Of a stretch of 64,000 nt of DNA, positions 26,549 to 35,789 are shown piece by piece. The translations under genes were made by a program, and so were the position numbers. The stretch lies in the NCBI GenBank assembly GCA_944383895.1, contig CALWRH010000004.1:17287-81286 (forward strand). Reading direction: 5' to 3'. Numbering within the stretch: the first letter of the stretch is position 1; each line of letters starts with the position of its first letter. Origin of the DNA: an uncultured Christensenellaceae bacterium. Its GTDB lineage: Bacteria > Bacillota > Clostridia > Christensenellales > UBA3700. Below the pieces are notes generated by a model, which ran no database searches, had not been told where the DNA came from, and worked only from the letters and a program-made list of their open reading frames with translations.

Positions 26549-29500
26549 TCATCTGAGCAGCAGAGTCATTATTCCGAAAGGTCTGATATTCAGGCCGTCT
26601 GCCTTAATTTCGACAAGATCGTTGCAGAGAAGATCCGCGGCGTATATCTTTTTGAAACCGAAATCAGTCTTCAGATTGAATTTCTGCGGTTTTCCCGAGC
26701 TTTCGTACAATCTTATAGCTATACCGTCTTTTTCGGGGTGAACAGAATCGATTATCACGTTGGCATTGTCTGTACGCGCGCCTTTGACCGAAGGAGTGAA
26801 GTCGAGCAGTATCGGCGGGCGGTTGAGTTCGTAAGCGTATTTCTTTATGTCGGTATTCTCGACTCCGCCTTTGTGCGGGAAGACCGCAAACGTAAACTCG
26901 TGTCTGCCTCTGTCTGCCTCGGGATCTGGATATACCGTAGAACGGAGAAGGTTGAGGCTTATCTTGCCGTTTTTGACCCTGTGACCGTATTTGCAGTCGT
27001 TGAGAAGAGCTGTTCCGTATCCGTTTTCAGACACGTCCACCCACTTGTGAGCGCATATTTCGAATTGTGCTTTTTCGACAGAGTTTTCTGTTTTCGTACT
27101 TCTCGAAATGTGTCCGAACTGAATTTCGCAGTTTACTTTATCCGAAAAATCCTTCGGGAAAAAGTCTGCGCGCAGCATTTTGTGCGTTTCGTGCCAATCT
27201 GCGACGTTTTCAAAGTAAACTACGGGGCTGTCAGAGGTGACGTAAACCTTTCTCGTCACGACTGACTTGCCGTAGACGAGTTTTTGCTCTACGGTAGCTT
27301 TTCCGCCTTTTACATACGCTTTTGCAGATACGAGTTTCATCTTTACGCTCTTTCTCTTCTCGTAGTTCGGATCTATGTCCCAGGCGTTGTAAGGATAAAG
27401 CCTCTTGTCGGTGTAAACTCTCATCGTGCCGAAAACCGATCTGACGTATTCTCTGTTGTCGTCCGTCTTGTCGGTAAGGCTTGTTATTTCGCCGTCTTTA
27501 TTGAATACCGCCTTGACGAAAGAGTTTTCTATAACGGTTTCGCTTGCGGACAAGCCGGCGTTTGCCGTGTCTTCAGACGTTTCCGTAAGAGGAGCGCAGG
27601 CGTAAGCTTCGACGTCGTAAGCATAAAGTTTGCCGTTTTTTTCCTGATATCCTCTTCTTCTGAACGGACAGTCGTTTATCACCGACGGCGCATCGGATAC
27701 CCGGAGAGTTCCGAGTGCCTTATCGCGCATCTCGTTGAGTCTTCCGAGCAATACTTTGTACCGTTCGTGACACTCTTTGTATATTCTGTTTATCGAAGAG
27801 CCCGGCAACATATCGTGGAATTGATAGAGCAGTACTTCCTGCCATATCTCGTCGAAATCCTTCTGAGGGAAAGCCGCTCCTTTTTCTGCCGCGACGGTAC
27901 ACAGCCACTCTGTGAGCTGAAGAGCTCTTTCCGCCGTGCGGTTGTAACGTTTCATGCGCGACTGCGTGGTGTATGTTCCGCGGTGCTTTTCGAGATACAG
28001 TTCTCCGTTATAGCGAGGCAGTTTTGCCGCGTCTTTTGCGAGTTCGTCAAAAAATTCTTTAGCCCGTGTTTGTTTTACGACAGGAAGCCCGTCTATTTTC
28101 TTGCATCTTTCTATCATTTCGAGGTGATATTCTCCCGGACCTCCGCCGCCGTCGCCGATACCGTACAGCATAAGCGCTTTGTCGGACACGCCTTTTTCGC
28201 GGTAACGCGTTTCAGAAGCTTTGACGGCGATAGGGCTTGCGGTAGAATTGTAGTCGCCTTCGGGCGGCATGTGCACGAGCACTTTCGAGCCGTCTATACC
28301 GCTCCATACGAAGGAGTGGTAAGGGAATTTGTTTACCGTGTTCCAGCTCAACTTTATCGTCATGAATCTGTCAGCGCCGCATCCTCTCAGTATCTGAGGC
28401 AGATTGCCGCTGTATCCGAATACGTCGGGGACCCAGAGCATGTCGCAGTCGAGTCCGAATTCTTCCTTCCAGAAAGCTTTGCCGTATTTGCATTGACGTA
28501 TAAGACTTTCGCCCGAGGGGACGTTGGTGTCGGGTTCTACCCACATACAGCCCTGCGGCTCTATGCGTCCTTCTTCGACCGCTTTTTTGATTTTAGCGTA
28601 AAGTTCGGGGCGGTTTTGTTTCATCCATTTGAATTGTTGAGGCTGACTTGCTCCGAAGACGTATGAAGGATATTTTTCTATGTTTGCGAGCGCGTTGGAG
28701 AAAGTTCTTTCCGCCTTTCTCTTGGTTTCCCTGACAGGCCACAGCCAGCCGAGGTCGAGATGCGCGTGTCCCGTTGCGTAAAGAGTGAAGTCTTTGCGTT
28801 TGTTCCCCGAGAGGAAAGGCTTTAATATACCGCGTGCGCGTTTGCAGGATTCTTCGGTAGGTATTGCTGCAGTAAGGCACGCTTTTCTTAAAGCGGCGTT
28901 TATTTTACGCTTTACGGCTGCGTCTTCGCATATTGCCGAGTACTGATACAAAGAAAGAAAGTCGTAAAAATATCCGTGGATATCGCCGTTAAAACGCGCT
29001 ATATAAGCTCCTTTGAATCTGGAGCCGTGTGTCTGACGGTTATTGCCGCCTTCGACCCATACGGTGAGAGGAGAACCCGCTACAGGAGAAAGTTTTGAGA
29101 GTGCTACGACTTTTTTGCCTTTTATCGGTTGCATAAAGTCTGCTACGCCCATTACGTCGGTAAGTCCTTGCACTACGCCGTTGTCGTCGAATATGCAGCC
29201 TTCGCCTCCGAGGTCGAGCACTGCGACGTATGCGGACGCGTCGTTTGCCGCTTCGTCCGGCAAATCCGCCGTTAGCTTGTACCAACAGCATGAGAACAGT
29301 TTGCCCCATCTTTCGCCGCGCTTTATCGCGCTGTATGTCAGCGACGTGCGGTTTTCGTACGGTACGGGTTCGTCCGTTACTGCGATCTTGCAGTCAAAAT
29401 CGGCGACTTTAGCGTACACGTTTTTCTTTACTATCTCGAGGTGAGAGGCAAAAAAAGGATTGCGGATATAAGAGAGTATTGTTTGAGCGTTTACGTCCAT
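26549..29500 (-). CDS. Alpha-mannosidase (GH38)
   Basis: 983 aa. GHAHLDLGWLWP and the long GH38-type central and C-terminal regions. Confidence 0.9.
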   Translation of the reverse strand: MDVNAQTILSYIRNPFFASHLEIVKKNVYAKVADFDCKIAVTDEPVPYENRTSLTYSAIKRGERWGKLFSCCWYKLTADLPDEAANDASAYVAVLDLGGEGCIFDDNGVVQGLTDVMGVADFMQPIKGKKVVALSKLSPVAGSPLTVWVEGGNNRQTHGSRFKGAYIARFNGDIHGYFYDFLSLYQYSAICEDAAVKRKINAALRKACLTAAIPTEESCKRARGILKPFLSGNKRKDFTLYATGHAHLDLGWLWPVRETKRKAERTFSNALANIEKYPSYVFGASQPQQFKWMKQNRPELYAKIKKAVEEGRIEPQGCMWVEPDTNVPSGESLIRQCKYGKAFWKEEFGLDCDMLWVPDVFGYSGNLPQILRGCGADRFMTIKLSWNTVNKFPYHSFVWSGIDGSKVLVHMPPEGDYNSTASPIAVKASETRYREKGVSDKALMLYGIGDGGGGPGEYHLEMIERCKKIDGLPVVKQTRAKEFFDELAKDAAKLPRYNGELYLEKHRGTYTTQSRMKRYNRTAERALQLTEWLCTVAAEKGAAFPQKDFDEIWQEVLLYQFHDMLPGSSINRIYKECHERYKVLLGRLNEMRDKALGTLRVSDAPSVINDCPFRRRGYQEKNGKLYAYDVEAYACAPLTETSEDTANAGLSASETVIENSFVKAVFNKDGEITSLTDKTDDNREYVRSVFGTMRVYTDKRLYPYNAWDIDPNYEKRKSVKMKLVSAKAYVKGGKATVEQKLVYGKSVVTRKVYVTSDSPVVYFENVADWHETHKMLRADFFPKDFSDKVNCEIQFGHISRSTKTENSVEKAQFEICAHKWVDVSENGYGTALLNDCKYGHRVKNGKISLNLLRSTVYPDPEADRGRHEFTFAVFPHKGGVENTDIKKYAYELNRPPILLDFTPSVKGARTDNANVIIDSVHPEKDGIAIRLYESSGKPQKFNLKTDFGFKKIYAADLLCNDLVEIKADGLNIRPFGIMTLLLR

Positions 29501-29690
29501 GATATTCCCCCGTTGCTTTATAATTTTATAATACGCGCACTGCGCGCGCGAGTCAATGGCAAAACATAATAAAAATGTGTAAAAACGAACACAAAGGAGA
29601 ATATATGTCTACAAGTTGAGCCGACGATCCTTTGACTCAATTGAATAATATTAAGACGTGACCCGAAAAGGCATGAAATATCCAAGATAC

Positions 29691-29721
29691 AAAAAAAACG
29701 GCTCCTTCGGGAGCCGTTTTT
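29691..29721. terminator. Bidirectional intrinsic terminator downstream of rnfB
   Basis: A8-CGGCTCC-TTCG-GGAGCCG-T5. Confidence 0.85.
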
Positions 29722-29734
29722 GCATTGACTCAGA

Positions 29735-30553
29735 TCAATGTTCTTTTATTATCTTTCTCGGGCATTTCTTCAGACACTCCATGCAACCCGTGCATTTTTT
29801 ATAATCGAATACGGGCAGGTTGTTTACCATGGTTATAGCGCCGTTAGGGCATACCCTTGCGCACATGCCGCAGCCTATGCAGCCGACTTTGCAGAAAGAC
29901 ATCGTTTCTTTGCCTTTGCATGTGGTAGAGCACGCGCAGTATACCTTTGCCGTTGCGGGGATGCGCTCTATGATAAGCTGAGGACATTTCTGCATGCAGG
30001 CTCCGCATGATGTGCACAGAGTCTTGTCGACGAAAGCCACGCCGTCTTTGACCTTTATCGCGCCTACGGGGCAGATCTCTTCGCATGTACCGCCGCCGAG
30101 ACAGCCGTGAGGACACATCTTGCAGCCTCCGAGGTACATCTTTCTGTTGAGGCAGCCTTCGTTGCCTATATACTCGTATTTGTCTTCGGCATTGATTCCG
30201 CCGTTGCATTTTACCACGGCGACGGTCGGCTCGCTCGAAGAGAATTCGATGCCCGCAAGTTCTGCGATGACTTTCTTTTCTTCGTCGGACGTGACCTTGC
30301 AGTCGTCGAGGGAAGCTTTGCCGCAAGCCAGGCATTTTGCAAAACCTTCGCAGCCGCTGTGTCCGCAACCGCCGCAGTTTGCTCCCGCCAAATGTTCGAG
30401 TATTTTTACGACTTTTTCGTCTTCCTGTATATGGCAGACTTTTGTGACTATAAGAATAAGTATTGCGAAAACGACGGCAAGAGCAGCTATGATGCCGAGC
30501 ACCAGACCTACTTTATTCCATTGTATCGCAGCGGATATTAACAAATCGTACAT
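29735..30553 (-). CDS. rnfB: Rnf electron-transport complex subunit B
   Basis: N-terminal TM helix. Several CxxCxxCxxxCP ferredoxin motifs (CTSCGACMQKCP, CIGCGMCARVCP, CTGCMECLKKCP). Last gene of the rnf operon. Confidence 0.9.
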   Translation of the reverse strand: MYDLLISAAIQWNKVGLVLGIIAALAVVFAILILIVTKVCHIQEDEKVVKILEHLAGANCGGCGHSGCEGFAKCLACGKASLDDCKVTSDEEKKVIAELAGIEFSSSEPTVAVVKCNGGINAEDKYEYIGNEGCLNRKMYLGGCKMCPHGCLGGGTCEEICPVGAIKVKDGVAFVDKTLCTSCGACMQKCPQLIIERIPATAKVYCACSTTCKGKETMSFCKVGCIGCGMCARVCPNGAITMVNNLPVFDYKKCTGCMECLKKCPRKIIKEH

Positions 30554-30568
30554 CTTATTTTATCCTCC

Positions 30569-31174
30569 TCAACCTATCATATTGAAAACGTAAAAGCCCA
30601 TAGCCATAAAGCAAGCCGCCATCATCGTGATAGGGAATCCTTTCATCGATCCGGGCATTTTGAGGTGGTCAATCTTTTCTCTCAGGCCGCTCATTATGAC
30701 TATCGAAACGGTGAAACCTACGCCCGCAAACAAACCGTAGAGCACGGCTATGCCGATGTTCATTGAAGAGATGCCGAGAAGACTCATCATCTGAGCTTTG
30801 TCGATAACGAGCTCTGCCACGCCGAGCACCGCGCAGTTGGTGGTGATGAGCGGTAGATAAATACCCATTGCCTGGTAAAGCGCGGGCGAAAATTTCTTTA
30901 TCGCACGTTCTATCATCTGTACGAGTGCCGCGATGACGAATATGAACACGATGATCTCGAGGTATTCGAGCCCGAGCGGAGTGAGAATATACTCGTATAT
31001 CGGATAGGTGATAAGACAGGTTATCGTCATTACGAGAGTTACCGCGATGCCCATGCCGAGCGCGTTGTTGGTCTTTTTGGAAACGCCGAGGAAGGGGCAG
31101 ATACCGAGGAACTGCACTACGACGAAGTTGTTTACGAATACCGCTATGATAAGTATTGTAAAGAAAGTACCCAT
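30569..31174 (-). CDS. rnfA: Rnf complex subunit A
   Basis: 201-aa polytopic protein. VNNFVVVQFLGICPFLGVSKK, typical of RnfA/NqrE. Confidence 0.9.
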   Translation of the reverse strand: MGTFFTILIIAVFVNNFVVVQFLGICPFLGVSKKTNNALGMGIAVTLVMTITCLITYPIYEYILTPLGLEYLEIIVFIFVIAALVQMIERAIKKFSPALYQAMGIYLPLITTNCAVLGVAELVIDKAQMMSLLGISSMNIGIAVLYGLFAGVGFTVSIVIMSGLREKIDHLKMPGSMKGFPITMMAACFMAMGFYVFNMIG

Positions 31175-31175
31175 A

Positions 31176-31931
31176 TTACTTTACCTCCTTTGCGGCAACG
31201 TCCGCGGTAGCAGTTGAGTTTGTCTGCTCCTGAGCGTCTGTATCTGTTACGACGCTTGCGTCGGGATCGAGGTTGTCGGGAGCGGAAACGTCGGGTTTAG
31301 GCATGACGCGCACTGCAAACGTCTTGCTGCGACGTACGTTTTCCATCTTCTTGTAAACGGCGTTGAATATTGCGATCGAAAGTCCGTATACGAAGAACGC
31401 GCCTGCCGAAGACGTAAAGAATTCTATCTTGAAATCCCACAGCTGAAATCCGAATATCGCGCCTGCGCCGAGGATCTCTCTGACAGCGCCGATAAAGGTG
31501 AGGGCGCAAGTAAATCCGAGACCCGTGAAAAGACCGTCGCATGCAGAATCGAGCACTTTGTTTTTACTTGCAAAGGATTCGGCTCTGCCGAGGATTATAC
31601 AGTTAACGACTATAAGCGGCAGATAAACGCCCATAGAGTCGTACAGCGAAGGTATGAATTTGTCCAGCACCATTCTGACGATGGTAACGAACGTAGCTAT
31701 GATTATGACGAACGCAGGTATACGCACTGCGTTGGGTATAGTTTTGCGCAGCAGGGATATGAGCACGTTGGAGCATATGAGTATGAACGTGACCGCAAGG
31801 CCCATGCCTATGCCGTTGAACGCCGCGGTGGAAAGCGCGAGCGTAGGGCAGGTGCCGAGTACAAGACGGAGAGTAGGATTGTTTTTGAGCAGTCCGTCAA
31901 AGGCTATTGTTTTGAATCTTTTTCCCGTCAT
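31176..31931 (-). CDS. rnfE: Rnf complex subunit E (with Thr/Asp-rich C-terminal tail)
   Basis: NPTLRLVLGTCPTLA motif. The ATG at 31931 follows a GGAGG SD and the rnfG stop. The track's longer start at 31970 overlaps rnfG. Confidence 0.88.
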   Translation of the reverse strand: MTGKRFKTIAFDGLLKNNPTLRLVLGTCPTLALSTAAFNGIGMGLAVTFILICSNVLISLLRKTIPNAVRIPAFVIIIATFVTIVRMVLDKFIPSLYDSMGVYLPLIVVNCIILGRAESFASKNKVLDSACDGLFTGLGFTCALTFIGAVREILGAGAIFGFQLWDFKIEFFTSSAGAFFVYGLSIAIFNAVYKKMENVRRSKTFAVRVMPKPDVSAPDNLDPDASVVTDTDAQEQTNSTATADVAAKEVK

Positions 31932-31932
31932 A

Positions 31933-32517
31933 TCAGTCAGCCTCCTTTGCGAATAAAACTTCGTGCGCAAACTTGAGCGCGCAGTCTACAGCGTTGTTGA
32001 GCGCGTTGGTAGAGTATGTCGCGCCGCTCACGACCACTTTTATTCCGCTGTCGTCAGTCGTGAAGTATATTTCGCCCGTGACCTTGTCGTTGTGAGCGGA
32101 ATATACGTCGTATGTCAGTTTTGACATGAGAGTCTGTTTTTCGTAGCTTTCGAGCACGACTTTTTCTATGCCTGTAAAGCCGTCCTCGTTGCCCGTGAGT
32201 ACGATCCAGACGGTTATCGTGCCGCCTTTATATCCTTCGCCACCCGTGCTCTGGACGAGGTAATTGCCGTTTTCGAGCAGGTAGACTTTGGATATAGAGC
32301 CGTAATCGTTGGATAGCTGACTATCTTCGAAATCGAGCTCTTCGTATTTCATTTCTTTGCCGTAGACCTTTTCGATCGCGCGCATCGTGCGTTCTTCTTC
32401 AGTGACAAAAAGCACGTCGTTGAGGATAGCGAGCAGACCGCCTGCGATGAGAGCTATTACGAGAAGGACTATGATACATTTGAAAGCCTGACTTTTGAAA
32501 AACTGTTTGACTGTCAT
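31933..32517 (-). CDS. rnfG: Rnf complex subunit G (FMN-binding)
   Basis: N-terminal TM helix. FMN attachment motif SGATYST. ATGA overlap with rnfD. Confidence 0.88.
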   Translation of the reverse strand: MTVKQFFKSQAFKCIIVLLVIALIAGGLLAILNDVLFVTEEERTMRAIEKVYGKEMKYEELDFEDSQLSNDYGSISKVYLLENGNYLVQSTGGEGYKGGTITVWIVLTGNEDGFTGIEKVVLESYEKQTLMSKLTYDVYSAHNDKVTGEIYFTTDDSGIKVVVSGATYSTNALNNAVDCALKFAHEVLFAKEAD

Positions 32518-33548
32518 TGTTTTCCCTCCTCCTCTTTAGCAGCTTTGGCAGCTTTTTTCTCCGCGATCTTAGTGCGGATACGTTCTATAAATCCTGCTGC
32601 TCCGAACGGACGCGGACGTATGTAAGCGTTGATGAGCGGAACGAGCAGGTTCATGAGCAGGATAGCGAAAGATACGACTTCTATCTTGGTTGCCGCTCTG
32701 AGGACTGCGGTAAGCACGCCGAGCGCCACGAAGTAGACGTAATTGCCTGCCGCGCTGTTGGGGCTGGTGACGTAATCCGTTGCCATGAATATCGCGCCGA
32801 GGAACAGACCGCCCGAGAGTATAGAAGGCATAAACTGCGCGAAGTCGAATTTTGCAAGACATACCGCTACGAAACCTTCTACGACTATGTAGATGACGGG
32901 GTACTGCCACTTGATAACTTTACGGGCGACGAGATAGATGCCGCCGATAAGCAGAGCGAGTTTGCAGGTTTCACCGATACAGCCCGCCATGCCCGTACCG
33001 AGGAACATGTCGAGAAGACTGACCGAATAGCCGTTGCCGCCGAGCATGGAAGTGAGCTGCGTTGCGCCCGTAGTTACGCTGCCGTCGAGTGCCGCGATTG
33101 ACGGAGCTACCCAGCCCGAAACCATTACGGATTGGAACGCGATAAACGCAAAGACTCTGCCCGTGATGGCGGGGTTGACTATGTTTTTGCCCGTGCCGCC
33201 GAAGAGCATTTTGACTACCGCGATAGAGAATACCGCCGAAAGGAGCGGGACGTACCACGGAACGCTCGAAGGAAGACACATCGCAAGCAGAAGTCCCGTA
33301 ACTACGCTCGTGAGGTCGAAAGACTTTATGATGTCGAGCGGTTTTTTCTTAAGACACAGACAGTAAACGAACTCTGTGAGAACGCTTGCTGCCACGCTTA
33401 TCAGGATCGTAAAGAACGCGTCGAGACCGAAGTATACGCAACCCATCACCGCTGCGGGGAGCAGTGCGATGATGACGTCGAGCATTATACCTCTTGTCGT
33501 GCGTTTGCCTCTTATATGAGGGCTGTCGGATACTATGACTTTTTCCAT
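32514..33548 (-). CDS. rnfD: Rnf complex subunit D
   Basis: 344-aa polytopic protein. N-terminal SPHIRG and TGATQL FMN-site motif. Confidence 0.9.
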   Translation of the reverse strand: MEKVIVSDSPHIRGKRTTRGIMLDVIIALLPAAVMGCVYFGLDAFFTILISVAASVLTEFVYCLCLKKKPLDIIKSFDLTSVVTGLLLAMCLPSSVPWYVPLLSAVFSIAVVKMLFGGTGKNIVNPAITGRVFAFIAFQSVMVSGWVAPSIAALDGSVTTGATQLTSMLGGNGYSVSLLDMFLGTGMAGCIGETCKLALLIGGIYLVARKVIKWQYPVIYIVVEGFVAVCLAKFDFAQFMPSILSGGLFLGAIFMATDYVTSPNSAAGNYVYFVALGVLTAVLRAATKIEVVSFAILLMNLLVPLINAYIRPRPFGAAGFIERIRTKIAEKKAAKAAKEEEGKQ

Positions 33549-33564
33549 TATTCCTTTATCCCTC

Positions 33565-34866
33565 CTATTTCATTTCTCTGAGTTTCTGCTTGCAAAGCTG
33601 TATGCTCTGGACGAGCGCGCGGTTTGCAGGGCAGACGTAAGCGCAGCTGCCGCACTCTATACAGTTGAGTACTCCGCCGCGTTCTTTTGCCATGACGTAA
33701 TCGCCCGCCTGCGTATAGAAGTCTATATCCATAGGCATCAGGTGCATCGGGCATACTCTCGCGCAGCTGCCGCAGCTTATGCACGGCGTCGGGTTTTTCA
33801 GCGATACTTCTGATTTAGGCAACAAGAGCAGACCGCTGTCGGTCTTGCGGGTGTAGTAGTCTGTCGAGAGCATGGTCGCGCCCATCATAGGACCGCCGTC
33901 TATTATCATGCCGATATCGCCTTTTATTCCGCCGCATTTGTCGAGTATGTAATCGAAACTCGTGCCGAATCTCACCATAAGGTTGGCGGGATGTTCGACG
34001 CATTGACCGGAAACCGTGACCACACGTTCGAACAGCGGCTTGTCGAGTTCTACAGCCTCGTATACGGCGTAGGAAGTCGCGATGTTCTGCACGACGCAGC
34101 CTGCGTCCGCGGGCAGTTTTCCGGGCGGGACTCTGCGGCCGGTACAGCAGTATATCAGATGTTTTTCGCTGCCCATCGGGTAACGCTTCCTGAGAAGTAC
34201 TACGTCGAGGTCGTCGTATTTTTCAAACAGAGCGACGGCGTCGGGTTTGTTTTTCTCTACGCCGACGATGATATGGTCTACGCCGAGTGCCTTTGCTATG
34301 AGTCTGAAACCCTGAACGAGTTGATCCGTGCGTTCTATCATCAGACGGTAGTCGCAAGTCAGATACGGTTCGCACTCCGCGGCGTTGATGATAAGAGTGT
34401 CGACGGGAGTTTTGGGGGACAGCTTGATGAACGTCGGGAATCCCGCGCCGCCCATGCCTACTATTCCTGCCTCGGCGATTCTCGCGATTATCGTCTCTTT
34501 GGTTTTTTCTTTGAGGGGTTCGAGTTTCAGATAATCGTCGCCCGCGTTTTCGTCGCGTTTGATCACTATATGAGTGTCGAGCCCTCCGCGAGGATTTGCA
34601 CGTTTTTCTATTGCTATAACGCTGCCGCTTACGCTGCTGTAAATGTTTGCGCTTACAAAGCCGTCAGCTTTTGCTATCAGCTGACCGCATTTTACCGTAT
34701 CGCCTACTGCGACGACGGGCATAGCGGGTTTGCCGATATGCTGTTGTACGGCAATAGAAACTATTTCCGGCGCGTCAAGCTTGCTTATAGGGCAGTCTTT
34801 GCTTATGAATTTCATGTCGCGGAAATGTACGCCGCGGCTGAAAAACTTGCCGTTTCTTGCTTTCAC
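33565..34866 (-). CDS. rnfC: Rnf complex subunit C
   Basis: GMGGAGFPT NADH/FMN-binding motif. Two 4Fe-4S motifs (CISCGSCARVCP, CIECGSCAYVCP). Confidence 0.9.
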   Translation of the reverse strand: MKARNGKFFSRGVHFRDMKFISKDCPISKLDAPEIVSIAVQQHIGKPAMPVVAVGDTVKCGQLIAKADGFVSANIYSSVSGSVIAIEKRANPRGGLDTHIVIKRDENAGDDYLKLEPLKEKTKETIIARIAEAGIVGMGGAGFPTFIKLSPKTPVDTLIINAAECEPYLTCDYRLMIERTDQLVQGFRLIAKALGVDHIIVGVEKNKPDAVALFEKYDDLDVVLLRKRYPMGSEKHLIYCCTGRRVPPGKLPADAGCVVQNIATSYAVYEAVELDKPLFERVVTVSGQCVEHPANLMVRFGTSFDYILDKCGGIKGDIGMIIDGGPMMGATMLSTDYYTRKTDSGLLLLPKSEVSLKNPTPCISCGSCARVCPMHLMPMDIDFYTQAGDYVMAKERGGVLNCIECGSCAYVCPANRALVQSIQLCKQKLREMK

Positions 34867-34934
34867 AGTTACCTCCGGGGATTTATTTGCACGCTGTGCA
34901 TTGTTTCGCCCTTAAAGAGCGATCAAGGTTCGGT

Positions 34935-35465
34935 TTATAAAGTTACGTCTGCGCCCATTTTTGCAAACATGCGCGTAGGTATGCGCTTGATGATCAGAAC
35001 GCATGCCACACCTACGGCAAAACCGCTCAGTGCTCCGAGCAGTATAAGATAGGGCAGATATACAATTGCCTGCCACGTCTGAGATACGGCGCAGAACACA
35101 AGACATTGCACCGTATTGTGTATCACGGCACCGCATACGCTGATGCAGACCATGCTGATTTTCGGAAAGGCGAATTGCCACAATAAAGTCGATACGCTTA
35201 TACTCACGATTCCCGCACACAACCCGAACAGCATAGAAGAAAGAGAACCTGCTATCAGGTTGCCGAGGACGCAGCGCAGAATCACAATAAGAAAAGCTAT
35301 CGGCGGTGAATATATGACGAGGGCGAGCATAGAAAATGCGTTGCCGAGACCGAGTTTTGCGCCCGGAATAAATATCGGGGGCAAAAAGCTCTCTAACATA
35401 AACGCTATAAGACTCATGGCGAGCAGAAGTGAAACACCCGCGATTTTCCTCGTTCCCAAACCCAT
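34935..35465 (-). CDS. Gx transporter family protein (heptaprenyl diphosphate synthase component I-like, PF07456-type)
   Basis: Polytopic protein with a PGAKLGLGN motif. The ATG at 35465 is preferred because the track's TTG at 35483 would leave almost no leader after the promoter. Confidence 0.7.
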   Translation of the reverse strand: MGLGTRKIAGVSLLLAMSLIAFMLESFLPPIFIPGAKLGLGNAFSMLALVIYSPPIAFLIVILRCVLGNLIAGSLSSMLFGLCAGIVSISVSTLLWQFAFPKISMVCISVCGAVIHNTVQCLVFCAVSQTWQAIVYLPYLILLGALSGFAVGVACVLIIKRIPTRMFAKMGADVTL

Positions 35466-35501
35466 ACAATAAAAGACCTTCAATACATAAGGATTATATA
35501 T

Positions 35502-35530
35502 ATTATAAAATAAAGAAGCGGACTTGTCAA
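35502..35530 (-). promoter_or_regulatory. Consensus sigma-A promoter driving the Gx-rnfCDGEAB operon
   Basis: On the minus strand: TTGACA (35530-35525), 17-nt spacer, TATAAT (35507-35502). Confidence 0.75.
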
Positions 35531-35748
35531 TTTTGCTTGAAAAAAGTCATGAAATCAACATTTTTTTAACAAACTCGCGAAATAACATGTAAAAACACAA
35601 CAAAAATCAAAAAGATGAGGCGGAATTCGCGACCTGATAATTTCGGTATCCGAAATAAAATTACAAGCGGTTACTTTTACCGAAAAGAGAAAGGGTATTG
35701 GTTGAAGTGGTTCGGGGCGAGGAGAGAAGGCTCCTGACGTATAAAAAA

Positions 35749-35770
35749 GACGGCGCGTTTGTGCGCCGTC
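35749..35770 (-). terminator. Intrinsic terminator of the lipoprotein gene
   Basis: GACGGCGC-N6-GCGCCGTC. On the minus strand a T6 run follows (plus-strand A-run at 35743-35748). Confidence 0.8.
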
Positions 35771-35789
35771 GTTATTTTGCTTTGCAAGT

